From NCBI RefSeq assembly GCF_018977255.1, contig NW_024704742.1, forward strand, positions 32,924,001 to 32,988,000: DNA of 64,000 nt, read 5' to 3'. Numbering within the stretch: position 1 is the first letter of the stretch; every line of letters starts with the position of its first letter. A model generated the notes under the pieces. The model was not told where the DNA came from, did no database searches, and saw only the letters and a list, made by a program, of their open reading frames with translations. Origin of the DNA: Callorhinchus milii. Lineage: Eukaryota. Made by a program: the position numbers and the translations under genes. Shown here piece after piece: positions 24,705-39,156 of this stretch.

Positions 24705-25470
24705 TACAACAACAGCAATGTGCATTTATATGAAACAACAACAACAACTTGCACTCCTCACAGGGCAGAGTCTCAGAACACTTAACAGTGGTGGAGCCTG
24801 ACTCTGAGCGGGGGTTTGGGGGGAGAGAGGTGGCCACAAGTCGAAGAGGAAGGTTTTCAGGTGGGACTTGAAAAAGTGGAGAGTGAGGGCAAGGCGAAGG
24901 GATTGAGGAAGAGTGTTCCAGAGTTTGGGAAAGTAGTGGTTGAAAGCATGACCTCCAATGATGGGACAGAGGGTGCGAGGGATGAGCAGGAGGCCGGTGC
25001 CAGTCGAGTGGAGGCACCGGGTGGTGGATTGGGGAGTGAAGAGGTTGGAGAGGTGCCAGAGAGTGGATGGGTTTGTACACGAGAGTGAGGATCTTGAAAG
25101 CGATATAGCATCCTTCATGCAGTATAACATTTTGTAGCACTGCACAATGGTTGGTTGGACACTGAGCAAGGGGGAAGTGGAGGTGACCACAGACTTGGTC
25201 ACAGAGGTAATTCCTAAGGAGGGATTTTAAGATAGATAAACAGAGGGCGATATAGAGGGATTGTAGCAGGGAGTTTCAGAGATGCAGGATGTGGTGACTC
25301 AAAGGAATGCTGCGCCTAGGTATGCACAGCAGTCCTGTGTCTACTGAGTGAAGGGGACAAGGCAGTGGAGTTGGAGAGCGGGTTCAAGCAGGTCAGAAAG
25401 GTAGGGAGGTGCAAAGGTGTGAAGGAATTTGTAGGTGAGGGTGTGGATCTTGAAATTGATTCTTTCAGAG
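24705..25470 (-). mobile_element. Older L2 3' fragment, split by the insertion at 24733-25102
   Basis: tgcatttatat|agcatccttcatg rejoins across the insert; gatcttgaaattgat (antisense I.FKI) near 25450. Confidence 0.6.
24733..25102 (-). mobile_element. L2 LINE 3' fragment
   Basis: FKILTLVYK; GGHAFNHYFPKLWNTLP..FKSHLKTFLFD; (AAC)n tail on the + strand. Confidence 0.9.
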
Positions 25471-25924
25471 GAGGCTGGCAAGGATTGTGGTGTGGAGTTC
25501 GGTTCTGGTCCAGATCTGAGTTACGGAGTTTAGCATATGCTGGAACTTATCGTTCTTGTGGACCTTGGACCTTGCATTCACCCAGAAATACACCGTCACT
25601 CGACTTCACAGTAAATCTCATGAAGTGCTTTGGAATGTCCTCCCAACGTGCACAATGCTATATGAATGCAAGGATTATTATAATATTATTATGCGTATGG
25701 TGAAACTGAGTAGGCCAGCAAGGAATGCATTTGAGAAAAGGAAGCTGGTATTATATTGTCATCAGTGTTTTTGGCTCAAAAATCTTTGTAGATTATTCCA
25801 AGTATGCATTGCTCTATGAGTAAAGACAATTTCCTCATCTCTGTTCTAAATTTACTTCTCATTCATCTATGTTTATATGCTCTCCAGCTATACATTCTTG
25901 GTATGAAGTAACAGAGGTCAAAAA

Positions 25925-26100
25925 TTAGTCAATTGGCAGATTGCTTTTCCGGGGGTAACAATCCCTTCAAAAAAATAACAATAATTTGGTCACTCAATCC
26001 ACAACTGTTTGTTCGACAGCAGTGTCCCAAAAACAGTTGTGGATTGAGTGACCAAATTATTATTATTATTTTGTTTTTTTTTGAAGGGATTATTACTCCC
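25925..26100. repeat. Inverted pair of SINE A internal fragments (fold-back)
   Basis: Arms ~25952-26010 and 26031-26100 are reverse complements with a 20-nt spacer. Confidence 0.9.
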
Positions 26101-29100
26101 TGTCCTCAGCAGCTTGCTCCAATTTCCAGGCTAAGTCAGCCTAAATACCAGAGTAATGTACCCGAGGCTTGCTGGCACTTGTGGAATTTTACCCAGCAAA
26201 TGTCACCGCCTTCAGGAGACAAGGGGGAGAAAATAAATAGAAACACTTTACACAAAAGGGATTTGTTTCTTAAAATGTTCCATTGTGTCAGCGCCATTTG
26301 GCAGGGGATTGCAAATGATTGTGCTGAGCAGTAAAATGCAAACACTGGTTCACTGTTATCTTCTCTTGTTCAGGAATACTGAAATCTACAGGAATCTGTC
26401 TATAGGGAAGTTATTGCCATTGCATTGGTTTTCTTACAGTATGTGGGGTTTCACAGTGTTGTGCATATGAATGAACACTAGAGGCCAGTGTTACAACCCA
26501 TCTCACCACAGAATTGCTCATAAAGAGTTTTGCTCAGACTTCAGAGGAATTTGTGATGTACTTTTTTTATATAATGTATTGTTTTTTGCACTGCCAGGCT
26601 TTTGCATTGTATGAGACTGAACACACTTGGAATCCAGAATATGCATTCCAATGAATATTGTGCAGGCAGTGAATCTAAGGAGGAATGAATGCTGCTTCGT
26701 GCTGCAGTTAAATCAAATGCAAGGATTCTTATTAATATTAAATTGCCTTTGCTCTAACCAGTAAACAAATGTGGTGGAAAGACAAATTTATATTGTTACC
26801 TTCACATTGTACAATTAGCCATTAAAATAAGGCAATATTCAATCTTTGTCATTTTGTACATTTATTTTTTGATGTTAAAGAGCTGGTTGTACCATTAGCT
26901 TTTTAATAACATTAAAAAGTGTTCCTGATCTATCCAAAGCATAGGCGAGGAGCTTTGGGAGGAAAAACAAGTGAATGAACCCAGCATGATTTGCACTTAT
27001 CCCGATTATACAAGGGGGTGTAAATGACATTCGTGCTGATACCCATGACCCTGTTGGCGTCAGGATTCTAGTCTATTAACTAAAGCTAATACTGCACTTT
27101 TCCAAAAAATCAATTTACCCCTTTTTTCCTCCACTAAATTCCACTTTATCAAAAAAAGTCATTAATATATTGCATTCATATAATATAGCCGTCCTCACTT
27201 AGAATGATGTCTTAAAGCACTTAAGGTGTTGGGGACAGATGTCAAGCAGGGCAAGGGGAGGAGGAACGGGGGAAATAACCATAGGTGAGTCTAATAGTAG
27301 GTTTTAGAGCATGACTTGAAGACAGCTGGGGTGGGGAGACATGATGCGGAAAGGATTTGGGGCTCAGCCAGCATTTGCATTAGAGTGTTAGCCTGGGCTA
27401 TATAGGTTCCAACTCGTGATATGGGGCTTGAACTCATGTCCTTCTGACTCAGAGGTAAGCCAGTCTAGAGTTTGGCCCACAAAACATTGCTATTAATAAA
27501 GTGAGTGCACATCTCTGTTTTATAGGAGACATACCTTTCCTAACTCAGTTAAGCATGTACACAATACAAATTGACATTTATATTATGTCTCTCACATTGG
27601 GAGAACATCCCAAGGCACTAAACAGTAATTACTTGGCAACTGAGCTGTGGGTTGGAGCCAACAGAGATGGGGAGAAGAAAGATAACTTTACTCTATTAAC
27701 ATAAGGAAAAACTTGCATTTACATTATGCTCATCACACAGGGTAGCATCTTGCAGACCTTAAGAATGGCATAGTTTGATGCCAAGCCCGGAAAAGAAGGA
27801 AAGATTGCAACACAGACGCTACTGACTACTGTGCATTTCTACAGTTTTCTGGTTTTGTGTTACATTCTCAGTATCCTCAGCCTTCCTAATCTATTCAATC
27901 TCAAGTGGCCTAATGTTATGGAATTTCTTGTTGCAGGCATCAATTCAGACTCAGGATAGACTGAGAAAAGACAAAACATCTGTAAAGTCAATCTTCTGAA
28001 TCTTTAAGAGACAGGAGACTGCACTGAAGATGCTAACTGATCCATTCTGCTTTTCAACATCATTACCCTCTCTGGCACCGATCAATGCTGTTGTGGTTTT
28101 CATTCATGTTCTATTTATTGAAGAAATGTCAATTCAATATATTCTCTAAAAGCTATAACTATGGAGGATAGATTACCTGTGGATAGTAATCTGAGAGTTT
28201 TGTGTGAATTCTTACCCTCATACAGTATCTTCAAGTAAATGCAAGCCCAGAATTCCAAAGCAGTGAACATCATCTCATTCACTCGTCTAGAATAAAATTC
28301 TCTTAGTACAAAATCTGAATGCGGTTGTTTTTTAATGCTCAGAAGAATAGTTGGTCACCTAGGAATAGTGTCTTGTTTTATCATAGAAATTATAAGCCTT
28401 GCATTTGATTTTGTGTCTTATCATGACATATCTCAACAACTCATGTTGTGGTTTCTCAGGATCTGACGATGTTGCTAAATGTATACAATTTTGCATTAAT
28501 CTAATTTCACATTTTTACCAGAATCATAGACCTGATAACATTTTATTTATATGGTCTGTGAACCAATTCAATAAGGAGCCAAATAAATACAAATGAGGTG
28601 CATTGTGTGGTAAATGATTGTGAATGGCAGCAGTAGTATTCCTTCAGACTGATGTCACCGAACTAATTCTGGGTTACAAATACTCACAGAGCTTAATATT
28701 GATAATCTTTCCATTTCACATCAGGAAGACGTGAACGTGATTTACAGGATTTTACTGTAAAGCGTAAGTAACTTGTAGGCTTCTGCTAAATTAATAATCT
28801 TTACATTTGATATAGTGCCTTATCATGTCTTCAAGATATCTCAAAATGCTTCACAGAATATACTGTATTTACATTGACTGTATACTTTGTGGGTGAAACG
28901 TTAACCATCCTCTGTGTACTCGTTGAACCTGCATTATTTCCTCTAGCATTTATATTGGATTAATGAGGTTAGCTGACTGCAGGAGCTGCTATATGCTCCT
29001 TAGCTTTCCTGCACATTGTCCATTGGCCACTGTTGATGGTGTCCCGAGTTGAGACAGTAGGGTGTACACATGCAGTAAGTACAGCAATGCAATCAATCTG

Positions 29101-30394
29101 TACAACTCCTTACTGACTTGAACTAAAGCCAGGGGAGTCCACTCATTTTACAACTTTGACCAACTTTGGTGATTAACACATATGGAGAAATTCCACGTGT
29201 GTCTAGATGTATTCTAATTTTTTAGCATTTTAATGTCCTGAATTCAGCAAATTTTCAAGTCAGTTTTCTATGGAACTCTAAAGCATGGTGATGGGTTTCG
29301 GAATGTGTCCGTCACCTAGCTGACCCCGCAAAAAAATTCTGTAGTAATTTAAAAGAACTTACAGAAACCCACTTCAAAATATGGACTCTAGTTAAGTTTT
29401 TGCCAAATTTTGGATGTTCTATAAATGTTACCTAAATAGAGTAAAACTAGACCTAGGTGGAATTTCTCCCCGATAGAAAAATGAGATGTGTCCTAACAAT
29501 GTTTATACTTATTAAATTATTATTGGGGTGTGGATGTGGAGGGTTTGGTGTGATTCTCCGCTGCCCAACCTCAGCCCAATGCTCTTGAACTTTGGGACAT
29601 CCTCCCAATGTGAAAGGTGCGATATAGATGTAAATTGTATTTACTGTCAAACCTATGCAACCACCTCCATTCAGCAACTATACCCTATTAACAATGACCC
29701 CAGAACAACTTGGAGAGCTTGTTTTGCACACCAACAAACCCTTACTCATTGGCCACCTTGTATAATGTCCCCAGAGTGATTGTTGAAATCAGGTTTGACT
29801 ATAATTGTAAAATAATCTGTTATTTTGGATTCATGCTAGCAGTCCCGATTCTAGTTCTCAATCCTGGAGCTGGAGTTTGAGCAGCACTTCATGGGATACC
29901 AACTGAGTTAAGCACTGAAATCTTGCGATCGGTCATCAAAAGCAACTCCCCCAAGACTTAACCATTGTTCAGAATCCAGTGTGTGTCTGTGTGTGGTGGA
30001 GTTTCACACCCGTGGCAAGTCTTCAGGAATAATTGAAACAGTCTGCTGTTTCACACCAATTGGATAACACATTCAACATTTATTGAATTTGTTATGGAAC
30101 TTAGACTTTTTCCATCCCATTATTCCCTACTATTAAATTTACAGATTTTGGTGGTGTGAGTTCAGAAAGTTAGATTGATAGCGTGACATATGAGCACATA
30201 AAATGCCACACACAGAAAAATGGGTTTGGGAAAATTGTTAGCTCTTTGGGCACTCACTCAGCAAGGGTTGTGAAGCCTAAGCACCGCCTAGAAGAGGTAA
30301 GGGATCCCCTTGTGTAAATTGCTGCAAGTACATTCTGAGAGAGGATAAACCTGGAAAATTGTAACACATCATATGTATAAAGCTACTCATTCCA

Positions 30395-31525
30395 GGGAGG
30401 GTGGAGGATAGGAGGGGAAGCAGGGTGATTGAAGGCATGGTCGAAGAGGAAGGTCTCAAGATGGGTCTTGAAGGAGGCAAGGGAGGGGGCAAGGTGGAGG
30501 GACTGTGGGATGGAGTTGCAGACGGTGGGGGCAGAGTGGCAGAAGGCCTGCCCACCAATGATGGGGCGGGCGAGGCGGGGGACTTGAAGCAGGCTGGAGA
30601 GTTCTGGATGATCTGGAGTCTATGGAGGGAGAAGTTGGGGAGGCCGACAAGCAGAGAGTTTGCATAGACGAGCCTGGATGTTATGAATGCATGTATGAGG
30701 GTGTATGAGACATTCTGTCAGGACAGCAGTGGTCCTGGAGTCAAGGGTGGCGGTAGAAAGATAGAGTTGGGTGTCATCTGCATACATGTGGAAGTTGAAC
30801 CCATGTCTGCGGATGATGCCACCAAGAGGGAGAATATAGATATTGAAGAGGAGGGAACCAAGAACAGAGCCCTGAAGAATGCCACACGAGACGGTGAGGG
30901 GGGTTAGAAGAGAAACCGTTTGCGGTGATGAAGTGGAGACGGTGTGAGAGGTAGAATCTGAACCATTTAAGGGCAGAATCATAAAGTTTGAGGGAGAGAA
31001 GAGGCAGTGGAAGAGGATAGAGTGCTCAACAGGATCAAAAGCAGCAGAGAGGTCAAGGAGGCAGAGGGAGCCCTGGTCGCACATGGACAGAATGTCATTT
31101 GTCACTTTGACCACGGCTGTGTCTGCTGTGGGCGGCACAGAAATCCAATTAGAGGGTCTCGTGAAGGGAATGGCGGGAGAGGAAGGAGCGAAGCTGGGAA
31201 GCAACGACTCATTCTAGGACCTTGGAGAGGAAAGGGAGGTTGGAGATGGGGCAGTAATTTGAAAGCAGAGATCGATCCAGGGAGGCTTTTTTTAAGGATA
31301 GGAGTGATGACGGTTGTTTTTAAATGGGTGGGAACAGTACCAATGGACAGGGAGAGGTTTATGATGTCTGTGAGAAGAGGGGCAAGGAGGTGGAGCTGAG
31401 AGGTAAGGAGAGGGGTAGGAATGGGGTCGAGCGGGCAGGTGGTCGGTTTCATGCGGGTTATACTGGTGGTGAGAGAGGAATAGGAGACAGGTTCGAAGGT
31501 ATGGAAGGAGGGATGGGTAGATGCC
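30395..31525 (-). mobile_element. L2 LINE RT-to-3' fragment with internal deletions
   Basis: [38 protein letters not shown]. Confidence 0.93.
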
Positions 31526-32156
31526 GAATAATGAAAGCCAAGCACCCTCACCTCTCAAACGTTGTATACGTATATTCAAGCTATACCTTATGATTTCCTA
31601 TTGATGCCTTATAGAAACCCATGATACACTGAACACAAGCCCCAAACCATATCTCTGCACTTGGTACAATGTTTCCCACAGACTAATGCTAATAAAATGA
31701 AAGTAGAACTAATCCTTATGTGGTTCAAATCCAGGATTGCGATACCTCCTAGACTCGATTTTTGTAAAATGTTCTCTAAATGCTACTTGCCATGGATTAG
31801 ACCTCTAATACTCTGAGCTAACTTTATCCCTTAGTGTTTCGAAACAAGCATTAGCTGTAACTGACCTCATTTTTGCTGGCACAGAGACAGACATGATGTA
31901 GCAACTTTCTGGTTTCAAATAAATATCGGTCGTCATGCTTTTTACAGCTTAATGGAGGCATCAGTCTTTTTGAGCCAAAAACTGAACCACCTTATACATC
32001 CACCACCACCAAAAATGGTCTTAGAAATTGAGCAAGCTGAAAGTCATCTTGTAATTCCCACACAAGACACTGTGAACAGAATGCCTATGTGGTAGAGAGG
32101 AATTTTACCCAATTTCTATGCAGCAAACACAGCTGTCATTTTAGAGCAAATTTATT

Positions 32157-32467
32157 GTGGAATCCTGTAGCTCAGTGGTTAGAGCACTCGCCTCGCAATC
32201 GAGAGACCTGGGTTTGATTCCCGGCAGGGTGAAACCTTGGGCAAGTTTCCTTACTCCACACGCCTGATAATAATCCCTCAAGAAAAATAAAAAAAATAAC
32301 AATTTGGTCACTCAATCCACGACTCTTTGCTGGACACTGCTGTGAGCAATTGGCTGCCGCGTTTTGCCCACAAAAATAGTTAATTCACTTTATAGTATAT
32401 TCGGTGAAGCGCTTTGAGACGTCTAGAAGATGTGAAAGCGTTATAGCAAATGCAAGGATTATTATTA
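32157..32467 (+). mobile_element. SINE family A, short form
   Basis: Same internal deletion after ccacacgcct as 4413-4729. Confidence 0.9.
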
Positions 32468-32649
32468 TAACACCGCCAGCATCTGTGTTCCAACCAATCT
32501 GTTTGTTAATTGTCTGGTCAGCTTCTCAGCTTCAAATAACATTGAAACTACTAACCTCCATGTAAGAGAATCTGACATGGAACAATTGGCAGCCACACTG
32601 CTGTATTCAAATACAAATGGTGAAGTGAAAATTGTATTATTCCACCAAA

Positions 32650-33066
32650 ACCATGAGCCGATCACACCCATCCTCGCCTGGCTTCACTGGGTACTCATCC
32701 CCCAGAGAATCAAGTTTAAGATCCTTATCCTGACTTTCAAATCTCTCCATGGTCTTGCATCTCCCTACTTCTGTGACCCAATAACACCTGCTTCATGTTC
32801 CACTGCCTGCCTACCTAACCATCGGCGGTTTAGCTTTCTGCCCCCACCCTCCAGAAATCCATCCCGGAGACCCCCGACCTCTCCCACTTTCCCCTTCCCT
32901 TGCCATCTCAAGACCTCCCTCCTGACTGTGCCTTCTATCACCCTTCCACTCCCCCATCTCCCTTGGCCCCCAGCCCTCTTGAACCCTCAGCTCGGGTGCA
33001 AACGTTTGACGGTCCAGCACCTTGGAAAGTGAAAGGTGCGGGAGAAATGCAATTTGTTGTTGTTTT
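32650..33066 (+). mobile_element. L2 LINE 3' fragment
   Basis: ITPILAWLHWVLIPQRIKFKILILTFKSLHGLA; (TTG)n tail. Confidence 0.9.
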
Positions 33067-33400
33067 ATTTGATATAGCGCCTTAACACAGCATCAAAACA
33101 TCTCAAAGCGTTTCACAGGAATTACTATAAAGTGCAGTGAATGTATTTTCTATGAAACCCCAGCAATTCATTTGCACACAACAATGTCCCACATGCAGCC
33201 TCGAAGTGAATGACCAATTTTATCTGGGGGCTTGTTTGACAGGACACCGGGAGAAATTTATTACTATTTTTGAATAGTGCCATGTGATCCTTAATATTTC
33301 ACCTGAACAGGCAGACAGGACCGTGAAGATTGGCACCTCGAACACACCCTCACTATTGTATTGGAATGTGTGCCTAGACCATGAGGTCAAAGTCCCAATG
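33067..33400 (-). mobile_element. SINE family B
   Basis: Antisense tail plus gaatagtgccatgtgatcc..cacctgaacaggcagacagg. Confidence 0.8.
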
Positions 33401-35721
33401 CTTCGGAACAAATTGTTCTGTTATAAGTATGTCTCATTTATGTCATCTGGAAAGTTTTGTTATCAGTGCTCTGAAAAGATATTGTGTACAGAACAAAACC
33501 AGGCTTCTCTGAGCACTCAAGGCACTATCGACCCATTACAATTCAAACTACCACACACTTGTAAGCACAGAGACTCGCGCATTCCAATGCTGATATGAGA
33601 TATGAGCATTGCAAATTCTGGTGTAAGTACTATGCACATCTGCTCCCTGAGAGGAAATTTCAGAAAACGAATCTACAATCAATATTCAGCTATAAAAAGA
33701 AACCAATGAGTTTTGATTAGATGTGGATTCAATTACACGGTTTGCAAATATGTTGGTGTGCTGCTCTGCTGTGGATCTGACATACTGTAGAGTAAAAATA
33801 ATCCCCCAAATTGAATCTGTTTCATTTGATTTGAAATTATTTCCTATGTGAAACCCCTAAATTCAAAAATATTCCCAAACGAGTATGGGTTTGCAATCTG
33901 CCTCCTTACAGTAACTCGCTCTCCTCTAGCAAATATCTAGTCTGCAAACACAGCATTAATCATCCAGCTAAAGAAATGTAACAAGATATTAAAATAACTT
34001 TTTTTCTTAATTATTCGATTCAACTGCGATCTAAAAGCAATAAAGAATGTATTTGCAAACTGCTCCAAGGACTTGCATGGCTTAATTAAAGGTGTTAACT
34101 CAATGGTTTATCAATCAATCTGACTGCTACCTCTTTTCAAATCCCTGGCACAGTTCACAAGGATAATTAATCTTTGATTGTTTTAATTCTTGTTCAATAC
34201 AGTGCTGTTCTTCGTGGGGCTTTCTTTCTCTTTTATAACAGAAATTACATTGTTGCATAATTATCTGGGGGATGATAAACTCAGCTATTTTGGCATGATC
34301 TGAATGATTCCCAATAATGTCCAGATTGGATGCTATTATGTTTTATTGTGATCTAAGGGGATTTCTTTCAACTCTTACTAAGTTTTGAAATGAATAAAAC
34401 AAAATAAAGGGCTTGCAAGAGATAGTGTGCTCTTCAACAAAGTGGTAAGGCTTTTGATTGAAGACATGTGCTCCCACAGTCTGCTGTAAAGTAGATTTCA
34501 GATAAAATAGGATCTTTACTTTCACATATAGTAACAGTTTTATTAAATATCTTTTTCTAAATATCCTTAACACTGCTCAATAAACCAGAACTAGCCATCC
34601 AGTCCAAATCATAATGTCACATCTGCAACATAAGATCTGTAGTTACCTACATATGAAAGATGAATGTTCCCAGGGCTCTGCCAATGTCACTCGGGAACAG
34701 CAAGAAGTGCAATGCATGCTGGCTATTTTTCTCTTGTTTTCCTGTGGGGAAATGCCTGGGCTCCACTCTGCACGTTACCTGATGATGTGTATATAATTAT
34801 GAATTTACTTTGCAGGGAACCAGCAGATCCCAAACACTGTGCCATTAGCTCTCCCCTTCTTTACATTAGCCATTCATCAATCTAAGTCACACACATAATG
34901 TTTTATGTCCAGACTACATGGGTTTTATCTATCTATGGTATGAAACAAGTGTCGTTGATAAACTAAAAAGGAGGCATCACTGTGAAGCAAACAGGACAGC
35001 TGAGGACACTCAAAGCAAATAGCACAAGGTTTTTCTAAACCTTTAGCCATTAAGTGCCACGTCGGAGATTGAAGCAGTCCTTGAGCTGTAAAAATGTCAT
35101 ATAAGCAAAAGAATGTGCACAATCTATGCTTTAAAATATTTAGTTAATCTAGGTGTCCAAAGAGTTTATTCAGCCAAGAACTGTTTGATAGACCAGACGG
35201 GGACCTGGGATAGTTCAGCTCCCTTGAAACTGCTCTCTCTCAGATGCTGGCTGAGCATTTAAAATGTTGTTTTAAGATACACATTTATAAGCCTGTTAAA
35301 ATGTTGTTTTCTGACCTGAAAGTAAAGATGTGAACACTTAGACACAGACTGGAGCCATTGGGAATGTGAAGCTCAGCCTAAGTAGATCTGAAACTCAATA
35401 ACTGAAAATCCCTTTCATGCTAAACTCAGCTCTGTTATCAGCTTAATGTTCCTGAAATAACCAGACAGTTCTTTGAAAGATAACCATTTTTAGGAATGAA
35501 AGAAGCTAATTAGGTCCAGGGAACCTATCACTTCTTGATGGATCTTCAGTCTCATCAAATTCCACAATCCAGTCGCTATATAAATACATATATTTGCTTC
35601 TAAAACTCACTTATATTGTCCATTTCAAAAACTTTACCTGATAACTTCCCTGCTTTTATTTGAGGACTTTTGTTCTGTACAACACAGGAGCTGTATTATT
35701 TTTGTACTCCAATCTTGCAGT

Positions 35722-36200
35722 ATTTTTTTTTTGGTCATGCAGATGTCTGACATCAGAGGAAACCCATTACAATGCTTAAGAGTATCCAAACCAAACTGAG
35801 AGTTCCACCTGTGCATGCCACCCACACACAGATATTGCCATGCATCTGGAATGGAAAGTACACTCTCTCCCTAAAGGGACTACAACCTGTTTACCTAATT
35901 AAGAGAATTAAGCACAGGCTTGTGAGTGCCAAGGCTTGAGGATCTCAGTGTTCGCATTGGATTATTGCTGGACTTTTAACCAGCTAAAATTGCATAGCTT
36001 AACAAAGTCTCCTGCTTCTTTTCCAAATATGATCACCCTACCCTTTGGCTTGGAGAGTTTCCCTATGGGAGCCGAATGTGAAGTCCTGCCCTCAGTGCCT
36101 GTCTGCCCCTCCAAGTCTTGCCCTCCAAGCTAGGCTGACCGACCTGTCATTAGCAATGCCCTGGAGTATTGCAGACCTGCCTAGCTTAGTAACCAAACTA
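35722..36200 (-). mobile_element. Repeat family C, near-complete copy
   Basis: T9 tract at 35723 is the 3' A-tail; shared internal blocks; perfect 9-bp inverted repeat 36127-36135/36179-36187. Confidence 0.75.
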
Positions 36201-36389
36201 GAGACTACAACAGTGGGTTGACTCGATTCTAATGATCTGTTGCCATGCCCATCACCTTCGAACTAGCTCAGCTACAAGGAAACACCACTTATATCCTCCC
36301 TATATTTGGAGTGGAGAAGTTACAAAGTTACAAAGGATTTCAGCAGCGATGCAGTCTGGCAATGGTCCAAAAGAAAGGGAGAAGTCAGG

Positions 36390-36395
<6 letters not shown>

Positions 36396-36421
<26 letters not shown>
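36396..36421. repeat. (TA)13 microsatellite
   Basis: Direct reading. Confidence 0.97.
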
Positions 36422-36629
36422 AAGGTTGGCAGAATGTGGAATGAATGCCTTACCACAAATGCCTGAATCCATAACATCGTTTAAATAATAAACAAATATG
36501 TAAATAAATAATCCTTTCATTTGATATTTCTCCTAATCATGTCGTTGACACATCTCAACGTGTATCACAGAATTTTGCTGTAGAAAATTGTAACCTTATC
36601 ATTTGTAGGTAAATAATTGAGAAAAAATA

Positions 36630-36762
36630 ACATTAAAGTGTTTGGAGAAAGCATAGAGTAATGGGATCAGAGGAGAAGAGCTCCAGTGGGGAAGCGAGCA
36701 CCAGCTTGGATTCAATGGGAAGAATGACCTTTCTCTGTATGGTAAATGTTCCATGATTATGT
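36630..36762 (+). mobile_element. CR1-clade 3' tail, degraded
   Basis: Collinear with 15255-15385. Confidence 0.6.
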
Positions 36763-36949
36763 CAATCTAAACATGTTCAGGCAATGGTTCAGATCTGATG
36801 CTTGGAACTCAACTCAGGATCAGACAGAATGCCAAGTTTCAGCCTGAGCAAAAAGGAAGCAGGGATGTTAATGGAAACAAAGCTAGCAGAACATATTTCT
36901 CAGTAAGAGTTAACAGTCTTGGAATCAAGGGCTGTATTTGTGGATCATT

Positions 36950-37231
36950 GGTAAGTGGAGTCCCCGGTCTGGCCCAGGACCAGCGAGCACGAGGTATAGG
37001 CCACACTGGTCGGCCCATGGCTGGTTAATGGTTGGAGCAAGGAGGGTTGCGAGTGCGCTGGTTTGTAAGAGGGGTAGCAGGTACCACTCATGAGCCCAGG
37101 TGCCTGTATGTCTCTGTGGTTGTTGTGTTGCTGTTGTTCGGGGTTTTTCCGTCCCCTGAGATTAAATTTGTGTTATTGTGAGAATCTCCATGTGCGTCCG
37201 TATCTGCGTGGTTCAGGGGCTCCACGCTACA
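36950..37231 (+). mobile_element. Candidate solo LTR (or MITE)
   Basis: Imperfect terminal inverted repeat gtaagtggagtcccc / ggggctccacgctaca, ends in CA, ATTAAA at 37161, CpG-rich relative to flanks; no clean target-site duplication. Confidence 0.45.
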
Positions 37232-39156
37232 AATATATGCCAACTTTGGCATCGTATTATTCACAAGCCCCTCCCCCTCCACAATTCCCCTGTGGTATTA
37301 TACACCAATTGTTATCGTACACCAACTGTTTCCTCACAGCCACGTAACCACAAGTACGACAGGTACCTGCTAGGTAAGGTGTTTCACATTACATCAAATT
37401 TAAACTCCTTTAATAGCCAAAACCACTGAAGTTGAATTTAGAAAGTAGTCAAACATAGTCTGTCCACATAAAGAGGTTTGCGCTGTGGATTTATGTCCAC
37501 TGAGGTATGTACCCTGCTAACAATTTCCTCTTTTTNACATCCAATCATGATTTATACATGCTGCCTGATGTAAGTAGACTGGTGAGACATGGTGCATCCC
37601 GGGATGGTTGTTCCCACCAGATTAGTCAGCTGTCAGATGGAACACACACGCTCACATGCAAATACAATCCATAATATACTTCAGCTTTTTCGCACAAATG
37701 TCAAATTGTAGGACAGCTGTGCAAACATTCATAGATTGCCATTGAGACTCTGAGTGATATTTTCCAACTTACAGCATGCACTGCATCCATATACGTAACT
37801 AGTTTCTAACAGCAGCTTATTTGTTTTGGAGGCTAGGAAACACTGAGGAATCCATTACATCTTTACAGTCTGCAATGCATGTCATGCTTTGTATTTTAAC
37901 ATCCAGCTACCCTAATATCCAAGTAACCGCTCACTCTAAATACCAGCATTGGTTGCCAATAGAAGACATATGGCTGGGACTTAAGACATCTGGAATATTA
38001 TATGATTCACTTTATTTTATTACCTGCATAAGATTGTAATTTTGTAGTTTAATTGCCAAGAGGTCCAGACGCAGGGAAACCTGTTTCAGCTGTTTCTACC
38101 CAGGCTAATGCCATGCATCTCTCATCTTTTCTGTAACCCAAATCTGAATGCTAAACTGAAGAAAGCACATCCAATCTGTTGACCACGGCCATGGAGCACA
38201 CTGCAAAGGGCTGCATAGAGAATCACTTCATGGCATCACAATTAATGTAACTGAAAAATATCCTGAGGGTTTGCATGGTCTGTTTTAAATTTAAAACGTA
38301 GGCTATGGGAATAGTCCATTTATTTAGTTAAATTTACTTTTTATTGGTGATTTCAAACAATAACATCGACAATTATTCACGGATCAAATTCACAGTCAAA
38401 AATATATTACTTCTGAAATTACATTTTTGTGGTGGTCTATGAAGTACACTGAAGAAGTTTTCTATGAGCAAATGTACACATCATTTGTACTTCTAGTTTA
38501 CATAACTCCCTGCATTGTTGTTGTTCAGTTGTGGCACTACAGTCTTCTAACATCCCACAAATGGTCTAATGTCCTCCCATTGCATTCGACTTTATGCTTA
38601 ATTTAATTTAACTTAACTGTCTCCAGATGAGATCCCATTTAGTTTTGTAAAGTATCCTTTGTCTATTTAGCCTGAAAAAAACTTCTCTAAATTTTTTGTG
38701 TGGCAGATGTTCATTCCAGCAATAATGTTAGCACCAGTTACTATCATGGGTGGATAAAACATCAGGTGTTTCTACTGCATTGGGCATACACACAGCACTT
38801 CCCATGTTTCAGAGTAACTTCAATGTAATGCTAACTGAGCCGATTTTTGGGAAAGAGGAGGAGTAAGGAAATATCCAATTAACTTATATCACGCAATGTT
38901 TTCTTTATTCTAGAATCTTATTTTCCTGCATGTTGTAAACATCTGGTCTAGGGCTGTATTGACATGATAGAATGAAAGAAAAATACCCTATTTGTTTTGA
39001 ATATCACAGACTTTGCAATGGAAAATGAGTTACACTGCTACACATGAAGCATCATGCAGTAATACAAATGGTTTACTCCCATGTTTGGTGAAATATTTAT
39101 AACCAAATTACCTTATTTGTCTATATTATGAGCACATTGGTGCCAGAATATACTTA

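Noticed and set aside
31587..31682. Minus-strand peptide ACVQCIMGFYKASIGNHK resembling an Eph-receptor Cys-rich segment
   Set aside because: The expected following C..CP motif is absent and a stop follows immediately; probably chance.
32160..32232. tRNA-Ala/Val-like cloverleaf (also at ~4655-4729, 18820-18894, 39445-39516, 51310-51385, 61625-61697)
   Set aside because: Each is the head of a family A SINE continuing into body and tail, and the anticodon varies between copies; not tRNA genes.
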